A stretch of 40,058 bases of DNA from Shigella phage VB_Ship_A7: the sequence record MK685668. One strand, given 5' to 3'. Under the pieces are notes generated by a model that was given only the letters and a program-made list of their open reading frames with translations, searched no databases and was not told the origin of the DNA. The position numbers were made by a program, and so were the translations under genes. This document shows positions 38,109-40,058 of this stretch, piece after piece. The first letter of the stretch is position 1; each line of letters starts with the position of its first letter.

Positions 38109-38112
38109 TCGC

Positions 38113-38571
38113 TTATCGTACTTGCCAGCGGCGACCGAACTCATCAATCGTGAAGCAACCTTGAAGCGGTACGCCTTTAGGCACTTCTTGGAAACTACCC
38201 GGCAAACGTTCAGCCTTATAGCCGTCAATGCCTTGAGCGTACACTAAACCAGCCGTGTGAGTTTGTGACTTATAGACCAGTACGCAATCTTGTTCAAACT
38301 CATTACATGCCAGACGTGCGACCGCTATTGCTTGAGATTTGTTGGCACAGCGTACACGAACAGTCAGTTCCTCAGTCGGTGCACTTGCGATAGCCTCCCG
38401 ATAACAACCAGTCAAGTCTGTAGACTCAACGCTACCGTATTCAAGCGGTGCATTACGCAGTGAGTTAACCATGTGACGATGACGACTCATATTTACTTCG
38501 TCGCAGAGGTTAGAGCGGAACGCTGATACCAGTACATAGAATACGTTTGCAGGTTCGTTAGTGTAAATCAT
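38113..38571 (-). CDS. S-adenosyl-L-methionine hydrolase/lyase-like protein (T3 gene 0.3-type SAMase)
   Basis: 152 aa, the length of T3 SAMase; the sequence matches my recollection of T3 gp0.3, which I cannot verify without a search. Confidence 0.6.
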   Translation of the reverse strand: MIYTNEPANVFYVLVSAFRSNLCDEVNMSRHRHMVNSLRNAPLEYGSVESTDLTGCYREAIASAPTEELTVRVRCANKSQAIAVARLACNEFEQDCVLVYKSQTHTAGLVYAQGIDGYKAERLPGSFQEVPKGVPLQGCFTIDEFGRRWQVR

Positions 38572-38595
38572 GATAGTGCCTCATTATGTGTGTTA

Positions 38596-38640
38596 GTGAT
38601 AATCATAAAGGCCACTCGCTGGGAGCGACCTTGAGTCTAT
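38596..38640 (-). promoter_or_regulatory. RNase III-type processing hairpin
   Basis: AAAGGCCACTCGCTGGGAGCGACCTTGAGTCTA; 10-bp stem with loop CCAGC on the minus strand. Confidence 0.6.
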
Positions 38641-38984
38641 CACTCAGCAGACTCTTCGACTTCCTCAAGATACTCGTTCAGTAAGTCTTCTGCGTCCTCC
38701 CAAAGGTCAATCGTTAATTGCTCATAGATACGCGCTTGCAGGATACGGATTACGTCCTTGGTGTCCGGCATCAGACCAGAGTCCTCGAACTCAAGGTCAA
38801 TGCCCTCGCTAGCCATTACGCTGAAAACGTCGCTGTAATAGTGCGGAACAGCATTATCAGCCGCCATATGCACTGCATCGTGCAGGTCATCAGTGTCACG
38901 GATGTCATCATAACGGATGTTTTCTTTCAGCATTTCGTAAGCGTGGTCGAAAACGTTGTTGTAAGTCATGTTAGACATAGCCAT
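38640..38984 (-). CDS. ocr: Ocr, DNA-mimic anti-restriction protein (overcome classical restriction)
   Basis: 114 aa; [37 protein letters not shown]...[18 protein letters not shown] is near-identical to recalled T7 gp0.3; very acidic. Confidence 0.95.
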   Translation of the reverse strand: MAMSNMTYNNVFDHAYEMLKENIRYDDIRDTDDLHDAVHMAADNAVPHYYSDVFSVMASEGIDLEFEDSGLMPDTKDVIRILQARIYEQLTIDLWEDAEDLLNEYLEEVEESAE

Positions 38985-39010
38985 CTTGTGTTACCTCATG
39001 CGATTGTTAG

Positions 39011-39068
39011 TTAGTGATTATCAAAAAGGCTCCTCGTATAGTGCTTTCGAGTCACCTTGAGTTAATCA
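39011..39068 (-). promoter_or_regulatory. RNase III-type processing hairpin (R0.3 position)
   Basis: Contains ...AAAAAGGCTCC...GTCACCTTGAGTTAA, a more divergent copy of the shared core; immediately upstream of ocr. Confidence 0.5.
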
Positions 39069-39252
39069 CTATCGGCCTCATCACTGTTTAAACGCTAGTG
39101 CGTTCACGTCATCCCCGTAGTTCTTGACTACCTGTCTCGCAGTAAGGGAATTACACGACCAAATTGTTAAAGAACTTTAAGTGCAGGTTTGTTAGCACCG
39201 AGTCACTTTCAGTGTGTGACCTCACAAGAACGTTATGTAGTGCATGTCGTAC

Positions 39253-39282
39253 ATCTTACATCTTATCTTTACTGCTTGTCAA
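39253..39282 (-). promoter_or_regulatory. Candidate host sigma70 early promoter (third of three)
   Basis: Minus strand TTGACA (39282-39277), 18-bp spacer, TAAGAT (39258-39253). Confidence 0.5.
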
Positions 39283-39345
39283 CACCTTTCTTACCATGAC
39301 ACCTCATGTTGTTTCAGAGGGTAGTCGTTGTGTTGACGTTGTGTA

Positions 39346-39373
39346 GCTTACTGCTTTGTTACCGTTGAGTCAA
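39346..39373 (-). promoter_or_regulatory. Candidate host sigma70 early promoter (second of three)
   Basis: Minus strand TTGACT (39373-39368), 16-bp spacer, TAAGCT (39351-39346). Confidence 0.5.
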
Positions 39374-39479
39374 CCACTTTCGTATGTCTGGTTGATGACT
39401 ACTTGAGACCCTTCAGCATTACCAGATAACTCGCGGTATTGTCTGGTAGTTGATAGCGTTGTGTCTCTCAACGGTTGCT

Positions 39480-39508
39480 ATAGTCTCATAAGCCATTATC
39501 AATGTCAA
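39480..39508 (-). promoter_or_regulatory. Candidate host sigma70 early promoter (first, A1-like)
   Basis: Minus strand TTGACA (39508-39503), 17-bp spacer, GACTAT (39485-39480); T7 A1 has TTGACT-17-GATACT. Confidence 0.5.
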
Positions 39509-39513
39509 CACTT

Positions 39514-39577
39514 AATCTTAAAGAATCTTAAAGCCTCTCTTTAAGTGGTCTTATAGTCTCTTTAAGTGGTCTTATAG
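39514..39577. repeat. Tandem direct repeats: 10 bp x2 (AATCTTAAAG) and 21 bp x2 (TCTCTTTAAGTGGTCTTATAG)
   Basis: Exact tandem copies at 39514-39533 and 39536-39577, between the phiOL-type promoter and the first sigma70 promoter. Confidence 0.85.
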
Positions 39578-39608
39578 AGAGGATGACCATTAGCGGTGTT
39601 TCTCCCTC

Positions 39609-39631
39609 TCTCTCAATAGTGAGTCATATTA
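39609..39631 (-). promoter_or_regulatory. T7-type phage promoter (phiOL position, left-end promoter of the native map)
   Basis: Minus strand reads TAATATGACTCACTATTGAGAGA. Confidence 0.7.
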
Positions 39632-39773
39632 AAGGCTATTGACTCAAAGCCACCTTTAAGGCACTATAGGCACTCAGTCGATTCTCCTTGTCTCTCTCTC
39701 ATTACTCAGAGACTGCTAAACAGAGTAAGATAATGAATCCCCTTTGTGACGAAGCCTGCTGGTCACTGATAAA

Positions 39774-39857
39774 CATAAGGCACTGACTGAAGGTTAACAT
39801 AAGGATAGGCAGCCATAAGGTGATACTCTAAGGGTCACATAAGGTGATGACATAAGG
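39774..39857. repeat. Array of 5 CATAAGG heptamers (CCTTATG on the coding strand) adjacent to the terminal repeat
   Basis: Copies at 39774, 39798, 39814, 39838 and 39851; occupies the position of the T7 CCTAAAG-type short repeats next to the terminal repeat. Confidence 0.8.
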
Positions 39858-39881
39858 AGATACTCAATGGTCACTTACAGA

Positions 39882-40058
39882 TAGAGACACAGAGACACTA
39901 AGTTATCCACAGAGTTACCCACAGTTTCACCTAAAGTTATCCACAGAGCCTCTAACCTAGAGTTATCCACAAGTTACTCACAGAGTTATCCATAGGTTAT
40001 CCCCAAGTTATCCACAGAGTTACCCACAGGGGGAAACCACTTTGTATTAACTATGAGA
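39882..40058. repeat. Direct terminal repeat, right copy
   Basis: Identical to 1-177. Confidence 0.9.

Overview
The window is the complete linear genome (about 40.06 kb) of a T7-like podovirus (Autographiviridae, T7/T3 group), given as the reverse complement of the conventional T7 map, so every gene is on the minus strand. It is bounded by an exact 177-bp direct terminal repeat (1-177 = 39882-40058). Reading the minus strand from the right end: three sigma70-type early promoters, ocr, a T3-SAMase-like gene, 0.7 kinase, the single-subunit RNA polymerase, then DNA metabolism genes (ligase, RNAP inhibitor gp2, SSB, endonuclease I, lysozyme/amidase, primase-helicase, DNA polymerase, exonuclease), then structural, lysis and packaging genes (portal, scaffold, capsid with a -1 frameshift, tail tube A/B, internal core proteins, tail fibre, holin, terminase, spanins). 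I found 15 T7-type phage promoters (consensus TAATACGACTCACTATTGGGAGA), 6 RNase III-type hairpin sites and 2 intrinsic terminators. I found no tRNA, integrase, repressor or CRISPR array, consistent with a strictly lytic phage. All protein identifications rest on my own reading and recalled T7/T3 sequences; no database search was run. The most interesting items are: (1) gp16 is about 326 aa longer than T7 gp16, with an apparent inserted coiled-coil plus GNAT-like block; (2) ocr and a SAMase-like gene sit in tandem; (3) the terminal repeat contains a phased array of DnaA-box 9-mers; (4) the tail fibre has a divergent distal part ending in a self-cleaving-chaperone-like domain; (5) four SD-equipped mini-ORFs encode 25-30 aa hydrophobic peptides. 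Compared with T7, several non-essential genes (including the HNH endonuclease genes) appear to be absent.
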